From: a virus
Taxonomy: Duplodnaviria > Caudoviricetes
Reading direction: 5' to 3' (one strand)
Virus record (IMG/VR): IMGVR_UViG_3300039140_000101
Coordinates: 27,927 to 91,926 of that record
DNA length: 64,000 nucleotides
This document shows, one piece after another, positions 20,209 through 29,119 of the stretch. The position numbers were made by a program, and so were the translations under genes. The notes beneath the pieces are model-generated. The model was given only the letters and a program-made list of their open reading frames with translations. It made no database searches and was not told where the DNA came from. Position 1 is the first letter of the stretch; the number at the start of each line of letters is the position of its first letter.

Positions 20209-20943
20209 ATGATAGTGGAAGATGTTATAACTGGGGTGACCGTTAGCTGGAATTCTGTTGATCTGGTGAAAAAATCCATCGGGTCAATCAGGGAATTTCA
20301 TCCAGAGATGCAGATTATCATTGTGGACGGTTCACCAAAAGATTCTGATTGCAAAAGTTATGTTCGATATCTGCCGACCATTGATGAAAACATAACGGCA
20401 ATCCTTGTGGAGCATAATATTGGTCATGGTCTGGGAATGAATCTGGGGATCAAATATGTTGAAACACCTTATGTCCTTTTCTTTGATACGGACATTGTGA
20501 TGGTCAAGTCACCATTGCAGGGGATGCTGGACATGATGGAAGATGATACATTTGGTGTTGGATATTCTGAAATCGTAGCACCAGATGGTCACGATTATGG
20601 AGTACTCCCAAAGCATGAGAAAAACAATGATCCAAAAGTTCGATATCTGCATCCTTATTTTCAACTGGTGCAGGTAAAGGAATATCATAAATATAAACCC
20701 TATTGTCACCACGGTGCTCCATGCATTTCCGCAATGTGGGATATTCACAAAAAAGGTTTATCGGATAAAGTGTTGAAAGAATTTTCTGGACTTGGACATA
20801 CAAAGGGTCGTGGTGCTTCTTGGGTTCCGTGTGCAGGAGAATGGGTTTTGCATGATGTAGAACACTTCGGTAGGACAGGACGTATGCGTGAAGCAATGGG
20901 TCTTCCTCATATAGAGGGAAAGTGGGACACAAGTTATGTTTAA
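20209..20943 (+). CDS. Glycosyltransferase family 2
   Basis: IIIVDGS, NIGHGLGMN, FFDTD. Confidence 0.8.
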   Translation: MIVEDVITGVTVSWNSVDLVKKSIGSIREFHPEMQIIIVDGSPKDSDCKSYVRYLPTIDENITAILVEHNIGHGLGMNLGIKYVETPYVLFFDTDIVMVKSPLQGMLDMMEDDTFGVGYSEIVAPDGHDYGVLPKHEKNNDPKVRYLHPYFQLVQVKEYHKYKPYCHHGAPCISAMWDIHKKGLSDKVLKEFSGLGHTKGRGASWVPCAGEWVLHDVEHFGRTGRMREAMGLPHIEGKWDTSYV

Positions 20944-21751
20944 TAATTTTACTGTGATTACTGCAACTGGAGATAGACCTGATTGTTTTTCGCTTCTGAA
21001 AAAGTGGATGAATGCACAGACTTGTCAACCTGCAAATTGGGTGATCGTGGACGATGGAAAAAATGCAATGCTGGAATCAGAATATAATGATCTGCCTAAA
21101 TATGCGACTTTGTTGCGGAGAAATCCAAGACCGGATGACCCGAAGCACACATTGAATATTAACCTGATGGCATCATTGCCTTATGTGACAGGGGATTTCA
21201 TAATTTTCTTTGAGGACGATGAATATTATGCACCGGAATATTTGGCAACGATGTCTAATTATTTGAAGGAGTATGAAGTGGTGGGGATTTGTCGGTCAAG
21301 ATACTATCATCTCCCTACTTACAAATATTATGTGCATCCGAATTATGACCATGCAAGTTTAGCACAGACGGGATTCAGGACAAGTTTTATAGACACATTT
21401 AAAAATCTGTTAAATGGTGATCCTTTTATTGATATGCGGATATGGGCTACAGTTGGCAATAAGAATGAATTGCTTTGGGGTAAAGCAAAATTCAGGACGA
21501 AAGGCAGGGAGATTAACGGCAAAAGAGGGTATCTTTTTGATGATGCCATTGGTGACCGTTACATTTATGTTGGCATGAAGGGATTGAAGGGCAGAGAAGG
21601 AATCGGAAGTGGACATAAAGGCATGGGTGCTTATGATGCTGACCAATCTGTTTTGAAAAAATGGATACCAATTCCAGATCATTTTCGGTGTTATATGGAA
21701 CTGGCAAATACCATTTCAATTCCAGTTCCAGCAAACAAAAGACCGAAATGA
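20936..21751 (+). CDS. Glycosyltransferase family 2
   Basis: TVITATGDRP, WVIVDDG, FEDDEYY. Confidence 0.8.
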   Translation: MFNNFTVITATGDRPDCFSLLKKWMNAQTCQPANWVIVDDGKNAMLESEYNDLPKYATLLRRNPRPDDPKHTLNINLMASLPYVTGDFIIFFEDDEYYAPEYLATMSNYLKEYEVVGICRSRYYHLPTYKYYVHPNYDHASLAQTGFRTSFIDTFKNLLNGDPFIDMRIWATVGNKNELLWGKAKFRTKGREINGKRGYLFDDAIGDRYIYVGMKGLKGREGIGSGHKGMGAYDADQSVLKKWIPIPDHFRCYMELANTISIPVPANKRPK

Positions 21752-21919
21752 ATGATGACCATGAAAGAAAAGGAACTGCTTTTATTCCTGATGAGGTGAG
21801 TATGAATCTTATGGATGCGTGGTGGGCATGGTATCAATGGTATGTCAATACTTTGTATGAGTGGAAAAATATTGTAAGGGATTTGGATTACCTTTTCCAA
21901 AATAAAAAGGCTGATAAAC

Positions 21920-22177
21920 ATGACTGATGAAACTAAAAACGGATGGAATGAATGGGCAAAAAAGGTTTTGACCGACATTGAACGGTTAGACAAAGAGCAG
22001 GAATCCATTTATACTCGTGTGGATAAAAGTTACAAAGAACTACAGGAGTCCATCAACTGTTTGCGAGTGGAAGTTGCAGTGATTAAAACCAAGGCAGGAA
22101 TTTATGGTGCTATCTGGGGTGCGATTGTTGGGATGATTACAACGGTCATTGCTGCTGCTATCATTAAGCACATTTGA
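21920..22177 (+). CDS. Small coiled-coil membrane protein, putative holin/antiholin
   Basis: Coiled coil plus C-terminal TM helix upstream of endolysin. Confidence 0.5.
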   Translation: MTDETKNGWNEWAKKVLTDIERLDKEQESIYTRVDKSYKELQESINCLRVEVAVIKTKAGIYGAIWGAIVGMITTVIAAAIIKHI

Positions 22178-22185
22178 GGTTTGCT

Positions 22186-22608
22186 ATGGACAAGAAAGAA
22201 TTATCTTTAAGGGAACTGACCGAAGCATTGACTTATCGGGATATGATCAAGCAGGAGAATGAACGTAACTTTCAGGATATGTTCTTCCTCAACCCTATTG
22301 CAATGATCATTACGCAGATAGATGGGACGATCGTTAAGATCAATGAGGCAACAACCAGGATCATGGGATATTCAAAAGATGATCTGTACGGAACAAATGT
22401 TTTAAACGTCTATGTGAACAAAGAAGAGAGAAAGGAAATAATAGATGTCTTGAAAAAGGACAGGTGTCTTTTGCATCATCCGATCCTGTTTTATCACAAA
22501 GACGGTCATCCAGTTCCCTGTATCATGTCGAGCAAGATTATTCAGATCAAGGGCGAGGATCATATTTTAAGTGTTTTGTTTGACGTTTCAATGGGAGAAA
22601 TAAAATGA
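22186..22608 (+). CDS. Stand-alone PAS-domain protein
   Basis: NPIAMIITQIDGTIVKINEA...MGYSKDDLYG...HKDG PAS/PAC pattern. Confidence 0.8.
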   Translation: MDKKELSLRELTEALTYRDMIKQENERNFQDMFFLNPIAMIITQIDGTIVKINEATTRIMGYSKDDLYGTNVLNVYVNKEERKEIIDVLKKDRCLLHHPILFYHKDGHPVPCIMSSKIIQIKGEDHILSVLFDVSMGEIK

Positions 22609-23078
22609 GGCAATACACAACTCAGGAAATGATTGAGAAATATGGTAAGCCTAATCAGTCAGGCACTTATCTTGCCTATGCAAATATTCCGTTTCCACTG
22701 GTCATTGCATGGGACACCTCCGTAACTGTAAAGAGGGTCAGGTGTCATAAACTGGAAGTGGCAAATGTAGAAGATATTTTTTGGAACATTCTTAATGTTT
22801 ATGGTTTAGAAAATATTAATGCTTTGGGTATTAATTTATTTGGTGGGTGTTTCAATTATCGGCAGATGCGTGGTGGAAGTTCATGGTCACGGCATTCATG
22901 GGGAACTGCGATAGACCTTGACCCTGTAAGAAACCAGTTGCATGAAACAAAGAAAACAGCACGGTTTGCCAGAAGAGAATATCAAGAGATGATCGACATC
23001 TTTGAAGAACACGGATGGTTGTCATTAGGTAGATTAAGAAATTATGACTGGATGCACTTTGAGGCAGGAGGAAAATAA
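22605..23078 (+). CDS. Endolysin, M15-family peptidase
   Basis: FNYRQMRGG..WSRHSWGTAIDLDP, DWMHFE. Confidence 0.9.
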   Translation: MRQYTTQEMIEKYGKPNQSGTYLAYANIPFPLVIAWDTSVTVKRVRCHKLEVANVEDIFWNILNVYGLENINALGINLFGGCFNYRQMRGGSSWSRHSWGTAIDLDPVRNQLHETKKTARFARREYQEMIDIFEEHGWLSLGRLRNYDWMHFEAGGK

Positions 23079-23785
23079 TGTGGTACATATTAATTGCCAT
23101 TATAGTTTTACTCACGGCATTTATAGCCTATTGCAGTTTCATTAAACCCTTGTGGGAACAGGATTGGTTTTGCAATACAGTTCTGTGGTTGAATGAGCAT
23201 TGGGCATGGTGGAATAAGTATATATGGGGAAACTCAATAAGCATGGAAGACTTTGTTCGGAATCCGGCAGAGGTCTTGCGTGACAATTGTTTCCCCTTTG
23301 TGATTAAAAACATCAAACCTTACTCATTATTCAATCTGCGATTGGGATATAAATACTATCAAGCAGAAAAGATAAACGAATATTTGGCAGAGGGAGCAGA
23401 GCATGGGTATGAACTTGATTCCAATACTTACTGGGATGTGCCATTGGGAGATAAACGAAACTTGATCTGGAAAATAAAAGATTGGGCAATATTTGACTTG
23501 AGAGTATGGAATATATTTTGGACAAAATATGCCAATGCATTTATGTTCTTTCAGATAATTCTTTCAATGAAGTGGTTTATACCGATTCCCTATTTTGTAT
23601 TTTGTTTTAGACCCACGAGAGAATGGTATTTCCAATTTGGGTTAGGGTATAGTCCACAATTTCATTTGGGGAGTCTTGATGTTTACGATACGGTGCTGAC
23701 AGCAAAATTCAGGATAGCAGATCATAAAAGTGAGTCGGCATGGAATCCAAGTGACGTTTTTTCTTGGTGGGAAGGAACAATATAA
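23078..23785 (+). CDS. Trp-rich membrane protein
   Basis: N-terminal and internal TM segments; TAATG coupling to endolysin. Confidence 0.6.
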   Translation: MWYILIAIIVLLTAFIAYCSFIKPLWEQDWFCNTVLWLNEHWAWWNKYIWGNSISMEDFVRNPAEVLRDNCFPFVIKNIKPYSLFNLRLGYKYYQAEKINEYLAEGAEHGYELDSNTYWDVPLGDKRNLIWKIKDWAIFDLRVWNIFWTKYANAFMFFQIILSMKWFIPIPYFVFCFRPTREWYFQFGLGYSPQFHLGSLDVYDTVLTAKFRIADHKSESAWNPSDVFSWWEGTI

Positions 23786-23899
23786 AGTGGAGCAGGGTAA
23801 CAAAACTGGAGGGTTCTGTTTAAAAAGTTGGCAGACTTGTTGGACGGATCGTGAAAGGAATGAAGTCCTGCTCCACGAAAAAGAAAAAGGAAGAGTACG

Positions 23900-24082
23900 A
23901 TGTGGTTCTTTATTGGGTTAACTGCTGGAATGATTATTGGAGTTTTGCTTTTAAGCATTTTACAAGCTGCAAAGCACGGAGATAAGATGATTAAAAAAGT
24001 CCAAATGGAACGTAAAAAAGATGATGTGTTTAATCACTTTTTGCCAGAAAGACGCAAGGGAGAAAGGAGAGTTTCTCAGTAG
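23900..24082 (+). CDS. Small membrane protein
   Basis: N-terminal TM helix, ERRKGERR tail. Confidence 0.5.
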   Translation: MWFFIGLTAGMIIGVLLLSILQAAKHGDKMIKKVQMERKKDDVFNHFLPERRKGERRVSQ

Positions 24083-24122
24083 TCGGATTAAGGTGCTGAA
24101 AAAATAACAAGGAGGGATTATT

Positions 24123-24425
24123 ATGAAACTCGTAACAAAGAAATTTTCTTTTGAACTGGAAACAACGGAAGGGGTTACTGGATTTAATATTTATTACGGA
24201 GTTTCTCCATTGACGTATGAATCAGCAAAGGTCACTTTTCCGGTTGTTCCTGACCAGTTGATTTACGAAGTGGAATTGCCGACAGAAGTTCCTATTGGTG
24301 AAGGGAATTATTTTCTTGGGGTATCAACATTTGATGAGGCAGGTAACGAATCGGACATCGTAGCGATTGAAAGTTTTTTCGATTTTACACCCCCGATGAA
24401 ACCGAAGAACCTGAAAGTAATATAA
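24123..24425 (+). CDS. Fibronectin type III-like protein
   Basis: GFNIYYG, YFLGVSTFDEAGNESD, DFTPP.KPKNL. Confidence 0.7.
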   Translation: MKLVTKKFSFELETTEGVTGFNIYYGVSPLTYESAKVTFPVVPDQLIYEVELPTEVPIGEGNYFLGVSTFDEAGNESDIVAIESFFDFTPPMKPKNLKVI

Positions 24426-24775
24426 TGAAATTTCGGGTGATTCTGATTATTGCTTTTATACTTGCTGTTTTGCTGATGATTGGGGTGGTCGTCATTAAAC
24501 AGACAGCACACGGAGCAGAATGTCAGTACACTTATGATATGGGAACGGAAGTTACCTTGACTGCCAAACCATGTCCCGGATATTCATTTGCAGGGTGGAC
24601 AGGTGCGTGCGAAAAATATGGGAGGAATAAAACCTGTAAGGTGGTGATGGACAAAGAGCGTGTGTTTGTAGGAACAATTTTTTTGCCGTTGCCTAAAAAA
24701 TTGAAAATTACAAAAAAGCTATCTTCTGAACAGTTTGCAAAATGTGGAGAAGGTCAACAAGGGTATACGGAATAG
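24425..24775 (+). CDS. Secreted/membrane protein with InlB B-repeat-like domain
   Basis: Signal/TM then GTEVTLTAKP..GYSFAGWTGAC. Confidence 0.65.
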   Translation: MKFRVILIIAFILAVLLMIGVVVIKQTAHGAECQYTYDMGTEVTLTAKPCPGYSFAGWTGACEKYGRNKTCKVVMDKERVFVGTIFLPLPKKLKITKKLSSEQFAKCGEGQQGYTE

Positions 24776-24787
24776 GAGGAATGAAAA

Positions 24788-25117
24788 ATGACTTCAACTG
24801 CAACAGCATTGATTGAGAATTTTTCCGTGAGTTTGTTTTTCTTATGTGTCGCACTTGGAATATTTGGACAATTATTGAGGTCAATAATTGGTCTATATAA
24901 GATTTACAATGATAAAAATAAAGTGCTGAAAGAAGATTTTAACACAGCTCGATTTTTCATTTCGCTGGCAATTGGTGGGATGGTCGGCATGATGTTGAGT
25001 CTGGTCTATACAGCACCGATGAGCAACATGGATATTTTCGGATGTATCGCTGGTGCTTATGGTGGAACAGATTTTCTGGAAGGATTTTTTAAGAAACGGG
25101 CGGATGCAATACAATGA
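24788..25117 (+). CDS. Multi-TM membrane protein, holin candidate
   Basis: Three hydrophobic segments, GAYGGTDFLEG, basic C-terminus. Confidence 0.5.
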   Translation: MTSTATALIENFSVSLFFLCVALGIFGQLLRSIIGLYKIYNDKNKVLKEDFNTARFFISLAIGGMVGMMLSLVYTAPMSNMDIFGCIAGAYGGTDFLEGFFKKRADAIQ

Positions 25118-25332
25118 GTAATGAACGAAGAAAAAGCAGAATTGATCGGAGAAAAGAAGATAGAAGAAAAAGGGAATTTCATTGTATCCTTTGTGGTGGT
25201 GAGTTGATATATTATATATCAGATAAAATAACGGACAGGGAAACTTTTTGGTGTGAGCATTGCCAGCAGATATATGTATTGGTAGCTCAACACATGAAAG
25301 TCCCTTATCTGGCAAAGGTGGAGAGAAAATGA
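25114..25332 (+). CDS. Small zinc-ribbon protein
   Basis: CILC...CEHC; N-terminal ERR/DRR repeats. Confidence 0.5.
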   Translation: MSNERRKSRIDRRKEDRRKREFHCILCGGELIYYISDKITDRETFWCEHCQQIYVLVAQHMKVPYLAKVERK

Positions 25333-25862
25333 AAGAAGAAATAAAAAGTGAAAGAGAAAAAAAAGAAAAACCAGAACTATCATCTATTGAAGATTGGTTG
25401 GAGAAAAAACAGGCTTGTACAGGAGCAAGAGAATGGGTAATGAAGAACAAATCAACTCTTCAAAAAATAAAATCAAATGTCAAAGGAACTTATAATCTAG
25501 AAGGGTCTGTTTATGCGCTTGGGCAATTTTTATCCGGTGGTAATGAACAACTTCAATGGGCTTTTTGGTATCTTATAGAAATTTTGGATGACGATGAAGA
25601 CGCAATGTGTATGCAGTTTGCTATGAACCTGTTGCCTGTGAATTACAATAAAGACAAAAATGATCCTGTCTATCAGTTTGTAGATGAAGCAGTCAAAAGC
25701 ATGGATATTGCTTTAAAAGAAAAAGATATTTCTATGATTAAAAATGTAATTGTTTGTGTGATGAATGCCAACAAAATTGCCTATCCAGAACAGGATGGTT
25801 ATGATGTATTTAGAAAAGTTATTAAATATGGAATTGGTCTTTTGAAAAAGAGGAAGAAATGA
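25329..25862 (+). CDS. Hypothetical protein
   Basis: ATGA-coupled start at 25329. Confidence 0.55.
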   Translation: MKEEIKSEREKKEKPELSSIEDWLEKKQACTGAREWVMKNKSTLQKIKSNVKGTYNLEGSVYALGQFLSGGNEQLQWAFWYLIEILDDDEDAMCMQFAMNLLPVNYNKDKNDPVYQFVDEAVKSMDIALKEKDISMIKNVIVCVMNANKIAYPEQDGYDVFRKVIKYGIGLLKKRKK

Positions 25863-26018
25863 TGAAAGAAAAGGTCAATCCAGAAGATTTGCAATGCTGT
25901 GGCAACTGCATGGAGTTTTTGACCTGTGGGAAGTATGATGAATCCTACGAATGGTGCAAGTCATGGCAATGGGATTCCATGACTCAATCCAAAAGGGAGA
26001 AAGAGAGGACAGGGGACG

Positions 26019-26603
26019 ATGAAGACTAAAATCATTGCAGGAGTGATTATTGTACTTCTTTCTATTGCATTAATGTCTGCTGTTTATGCGTGGTATAAGG
26101 AACGTAGCAAACCACCTGTCAGTAAGACGGAATATATTGAAGTGGAAAAGATAAAAGAGGTGGAGAAAATCAAAAAGGTGGAAGTGCCGATTGAAAAAAT
26201 AGTAACGATAGAAAAAATAAAACTCGTGGAGAAGGTGAAGATGCCAGATTGGTTTGTTCAAAATGCGGATGAACAGGCTATTGCATCCGGTGTAGCTCCC
26301 TCTCATACTGAAAAAACAAATGTGATTTGCACGGTCAACACGAAAACCGGAGTAGGCAATCTGGTGATGAAACAGGAACCGCAGAAATTTATGGGGTTGC
26401 CGAATGAAAAGCAAATATATGCGAAGGCTGGATATAGCACGAATAAAGAGACACAAGTTACCATTGGTGCAGATTGGAAATTCCTGCGTATCGGGAAGAT
26501 CAAAGTTGGTGTGTTTGGTGAGGGAAGAGCAAGCATTGGCAACGGTGAAACAGGGAATCGTTATCCGGTTGAAGCGGTTGCTGGGGTTATTGTGACGTAT
26601 TAA
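26019..26603 (+). CDS. Membrane-anchored protein, possible spanin-like
   Basis: N-terminal TM, EK-rich stalk, beta-rich C-terminus. Confidence 0.4.
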   Translation: MKTKIIAGVIIVLLSIALMSAVYAWYKERSKPPVSKTEYIEVEKIKEVEKIKKVEVPIEKIVTIEKIKLVEKVKMPDWFVQNADEQAIASGVAPSHTEKTNVICTVNTKTGVGNLVMKQEPQKFMGLPNEKQIYAKAGYSTNKETQVTIGADWKFLRIGKIKVGVFGEGRASIGNGETGNRYPVEAVAGVIVTY

Positions 26604-26626
26604 AACTTTTAAGAGGAGGAAATAAA

Positions 26627-27130
26627 ATGATCAACGAAAAATTAGGGTTTGAGGACAAGATTGCTTTTGGAATGGTTAAGGGAGTTTCGGAAAAATTGGG
26701 TTTGGAATACAATGTCCAGTTAACATTGCGTGATGCCGAAGGGAAGATCAAACAGTTTGAAGAAATCCATAATACTGTTCCGGCAGCAGGTCTGGCAGCA
26801 ATTATGGATCAGTTGCTTGATTCCCCTGCAATTGCCGTTCCGACAGCAATGGAAGTTGGCACAGGTTCCCCTGCGGCAACAAAGTTGGGTGCCTATATCG
26901 CTGGCTCAAGAACAGCATTATCGGCAAAGACAAGGGATGCAGCAGCAGTAGAAATGAAATGTACTTTTGCAGCAGGTGTTGGAACAGGGGCAATTACCGA
27001 AGCTGGTATTTTTTCTGTTGTAACAGAAGATACTCCTGAAATGTATTGCTCTGCTTCTTTTGCGGTCATCAACAAAGCAGCACCAGACAGTTTGGAAATT
27101 GTGTGGACGATAACTGCAACCACAACATAA
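26627..27130 (+). CDS. Virion structural protein (appendage/fibre module)
   Basis: HNTV, GTGAITEAGIF, F.VINK...DSLEIVWTI; strong SD. Confidence 0.6.
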   Translation: MINEKLGFEDKIAFGMVKGVSEKLGLEYNVQLTLRDAEGKIKQFEEIHNTVPAAGLAAIMDQLLDSPAIAVPTAMEVGTGSPAATKLGAYIAGSRTALSAKTRDAAAVEMKCTFAAGVGTGAITEAGIFSVVTEDTPEMYCSASFAVINKAAPDSLEIVWTITATTT

Positions 27131-27137
27131 GATTTTT

Positions 27138-27175
27138 GAAAGTTAGGGGATAATCATTTCCCCTAACTTTTCTTT
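27138..27175 (+). terminator. Intrinsic terminator-like hairpin
   Basis: AAAGTTAGGGG...CCCCTAACTTT then T-rich tract. Confidence 0.6.
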
Positions 27176-27187
27176 AGGGGAAAAAAG

Positions 27188-28708
27188 ATGACTACACGAA
27201 TTTACGGTTTTACTGCTTTGACAGGTGGTGGCACAGGAGCATTGGATAAATACCCTGAAGCTGGAATGCCAGCATTGGCTACAGATGATTATGCCTTTGG
27301 TCATGTCGCAGGGGTGTTTTACATTTACTGGTTCAATGGTGCATCTGCTGAAGCAGAAAGTCCTCCTGCTATCATTGCTCCTGATAGTGGTTCAGGTAGA
27401 TGGATACTGAAAGGATTTTCATTTGCTCATAATGATCTCGCAAGTATTGATGGGGGTAATGTTTCACCAGAAGAATATTACCATTTATCATCTGCTGATT
27501 ATAATACTATTAATACAGCACTTGCACAGTCTATTTTAGCCAATCCAACAGGAGGTGCTGCTCCAATTACAAATTTGACCGTAGCCGAGCAGACACTTGT
27601 TGGCAGAATTACTGGTGGGAATGTAGATGCTCTGTCGGTGGTGCAGGTAAAGGCATTACTCGCCATTGTTTCCGATACCGCTTATGCAGCTTCATGGGAT
27701 GGCGTGACTGATGTAGCTCCGAGTAAAAATACTGTTTATGACGAGCTTTATACCCGACCAAGACGTAATGCTATTATCAATGGGAATATGTCTGTGTGGC
27801 AGAGAGGAACAAGTTTTACGAGTGCGACAATTCCTGCAAATAGGGATGATGTTTACCTGATGGACAGATGGACGTTATTATCAGATGGCAATGACATTGT
27901 AGATGTTTCGCAAGTAACAACACCCGTACCTGTTGGTGCATATAGTGCCGCCTGTTTTGATATTGAAACAGAAGATAAAAAATGGGGCATTATCCAAATT
28001 CTTGAGGCCAAAGATGCCGCAAGTTTCATCGGTGGAACGGTATCCCTATCTTTTAAGGCACGAAGGGGAGCAAGCGATACATCTACAAAACTCCGTGCCG
28101 CTGTTTTGTCATGGAGTTCAACAGCAGATGCAGTAACATCAGATGTTGTCAATGCGTGGGGAGATGAAGGAACGAACCCTACCTTGGTGGCCAACTGGAC
28201 ATTTGAGAATGTTCCCGCCGCCCTTACAGAATTAACAGATGACTATCAGACGTTTAAAATTGAAGGCATTGCCATTGATACGGCCAGCACGACAAACATT
28301 GCGGTGCTTATCTGGTCGGATGACAAGACAAACGCTGTCGGTGATCTTGTTTATATTACAGGCGTTCAATTGGAACTCGGTTCAACTGCAACTGAATTTG
28401 AATACAGACCTTACCAAGAAGAAGAAAGACTCTGTACGCGATATGCTTGGAAGTTAACAGCCGATACACTTGGCGTTGCGCTGAATGTTAACGCCGCTAC
28501 GTCTTCTACTTTGTACTTTCCAACCCCGATGCGGGCAACACCGTCAATGTCTGGACAGTCGTTTACTGTAAACACTGGGAATAACGGGACACCGGCTTTG
28601 TATGCTCCATTGTCAACAAATAAGGCCGTCTATGTTTATAACTCTGATGGCAACTGGACAGTCTCCGCAGCTGTTTCATTGACCGCTTTATTTACTTCAG
28701 AGTTATAG
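27188..28708 (+). CDS. Second tail fibre/receptor-binding protein with carbohydrate-binding-like domain
   Basis: RNAIINGNMSVWQRGT, DRW, ITGVQLELGSTATEFEYRP..E..LC.RY, MRATPS. Confidence 0.75.
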   Translation: MTTRIYGFTALTGGGTGALDKYPEAGMPALATDDYAFGHVAGVFYIYWFNGASAEAESPPAIIAPDSGSGRWILKGFSFAHNDLASIDGGNVSPEEYYHLSSADYNTINTALAQSILANPTGGAAPITNLTVAEQTLVGRITGGNVDALSVVQVKALLAIVSDTAYAASWDGVTDVAPSKNTVYDELYTRPRRNAIINGNMSVWQRGTSFTSATIPANRDDVYLMDRWTLLSDGNDIVDVSQVTTPVPVGAYSAACFDIETEDKKWGIIQILEAKDAASFIGGTVSLSFKARRGASDTSTKLRAAVLSWSSTADAVTSDVVNAWGDEGTNPTLVANWTFENVPAALTELTDDYQTFKIEGIAIDTASTTNIAVLIWSDDKTNAVGDLVYITGVQLELGSTATEFEYRPYQEEERLCTRYAWKLTADTLGVALNVNAATSSTLYFPTPMRATPSMSGQSFTVNTGNNGTPALYAPLSTNKAVYVYNSDGNWTVSAAVSLTALFTSEL

Positions 28709-28717
28709 GAGGTTACA

Positions 28718-29116
28718 ATGTACCAATTAATATATTCGTTTGAGGATGGAAGAGTCTCAAGCATCAAACGGGTTCCAGACGGTGCCTCCATTCCTCTCGC
28801 TGTAGGCAACGCAGACTATCAAGAATTTCTGGAATGGAACGGGGAGCAGGCAGTTTCTCTTGACCTCAATTCCATCTCTCAGGAAATACTGGATGATAAC
28901 GCCGCCAGAATTTTAGCTCAGAAAGCCAAAACACAGTCCATCATCGACAACCTTCCTTCATGGTCTGCTGTCGGAGGGAAGTTCGATAGTATGCTGGCAG
29001 ACGCAAAAGCCGCTACAAACCTTGCACAAGCCAAGGCGGTTTTAATTGAGCTGATCAAGACACAGAAGAAAATGGCCAGAATTTTATACTGGAATACAAA
29101 GGACACAGAGGAATAA
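28718..29116 (+). CDS. Fibre chaperone-like protein
   Basis: IKR..DGASIP....NADYQEFLEW; follows fibre. Confidence 0.65.
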   Translation: MYQLIYSFEDGRVSSIKRVPDGASIPLAVGNADYQEFLEWNGEQAVSLDLNSISQEILDDNAARILAQKAKTQSIIDNLPSWSAVGGKFDSMLADAKAATNLAQAKAVLIELIKTQKKMARILYWNTKDTEE

Positions 29117-29119
29117 AAG

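Noticed and set aside
27188-28708. Diversity-generating retroelement target in the second fibre
   Set aside because: No reverse transcriptase and no TR/VR repeat pair seen in the window.
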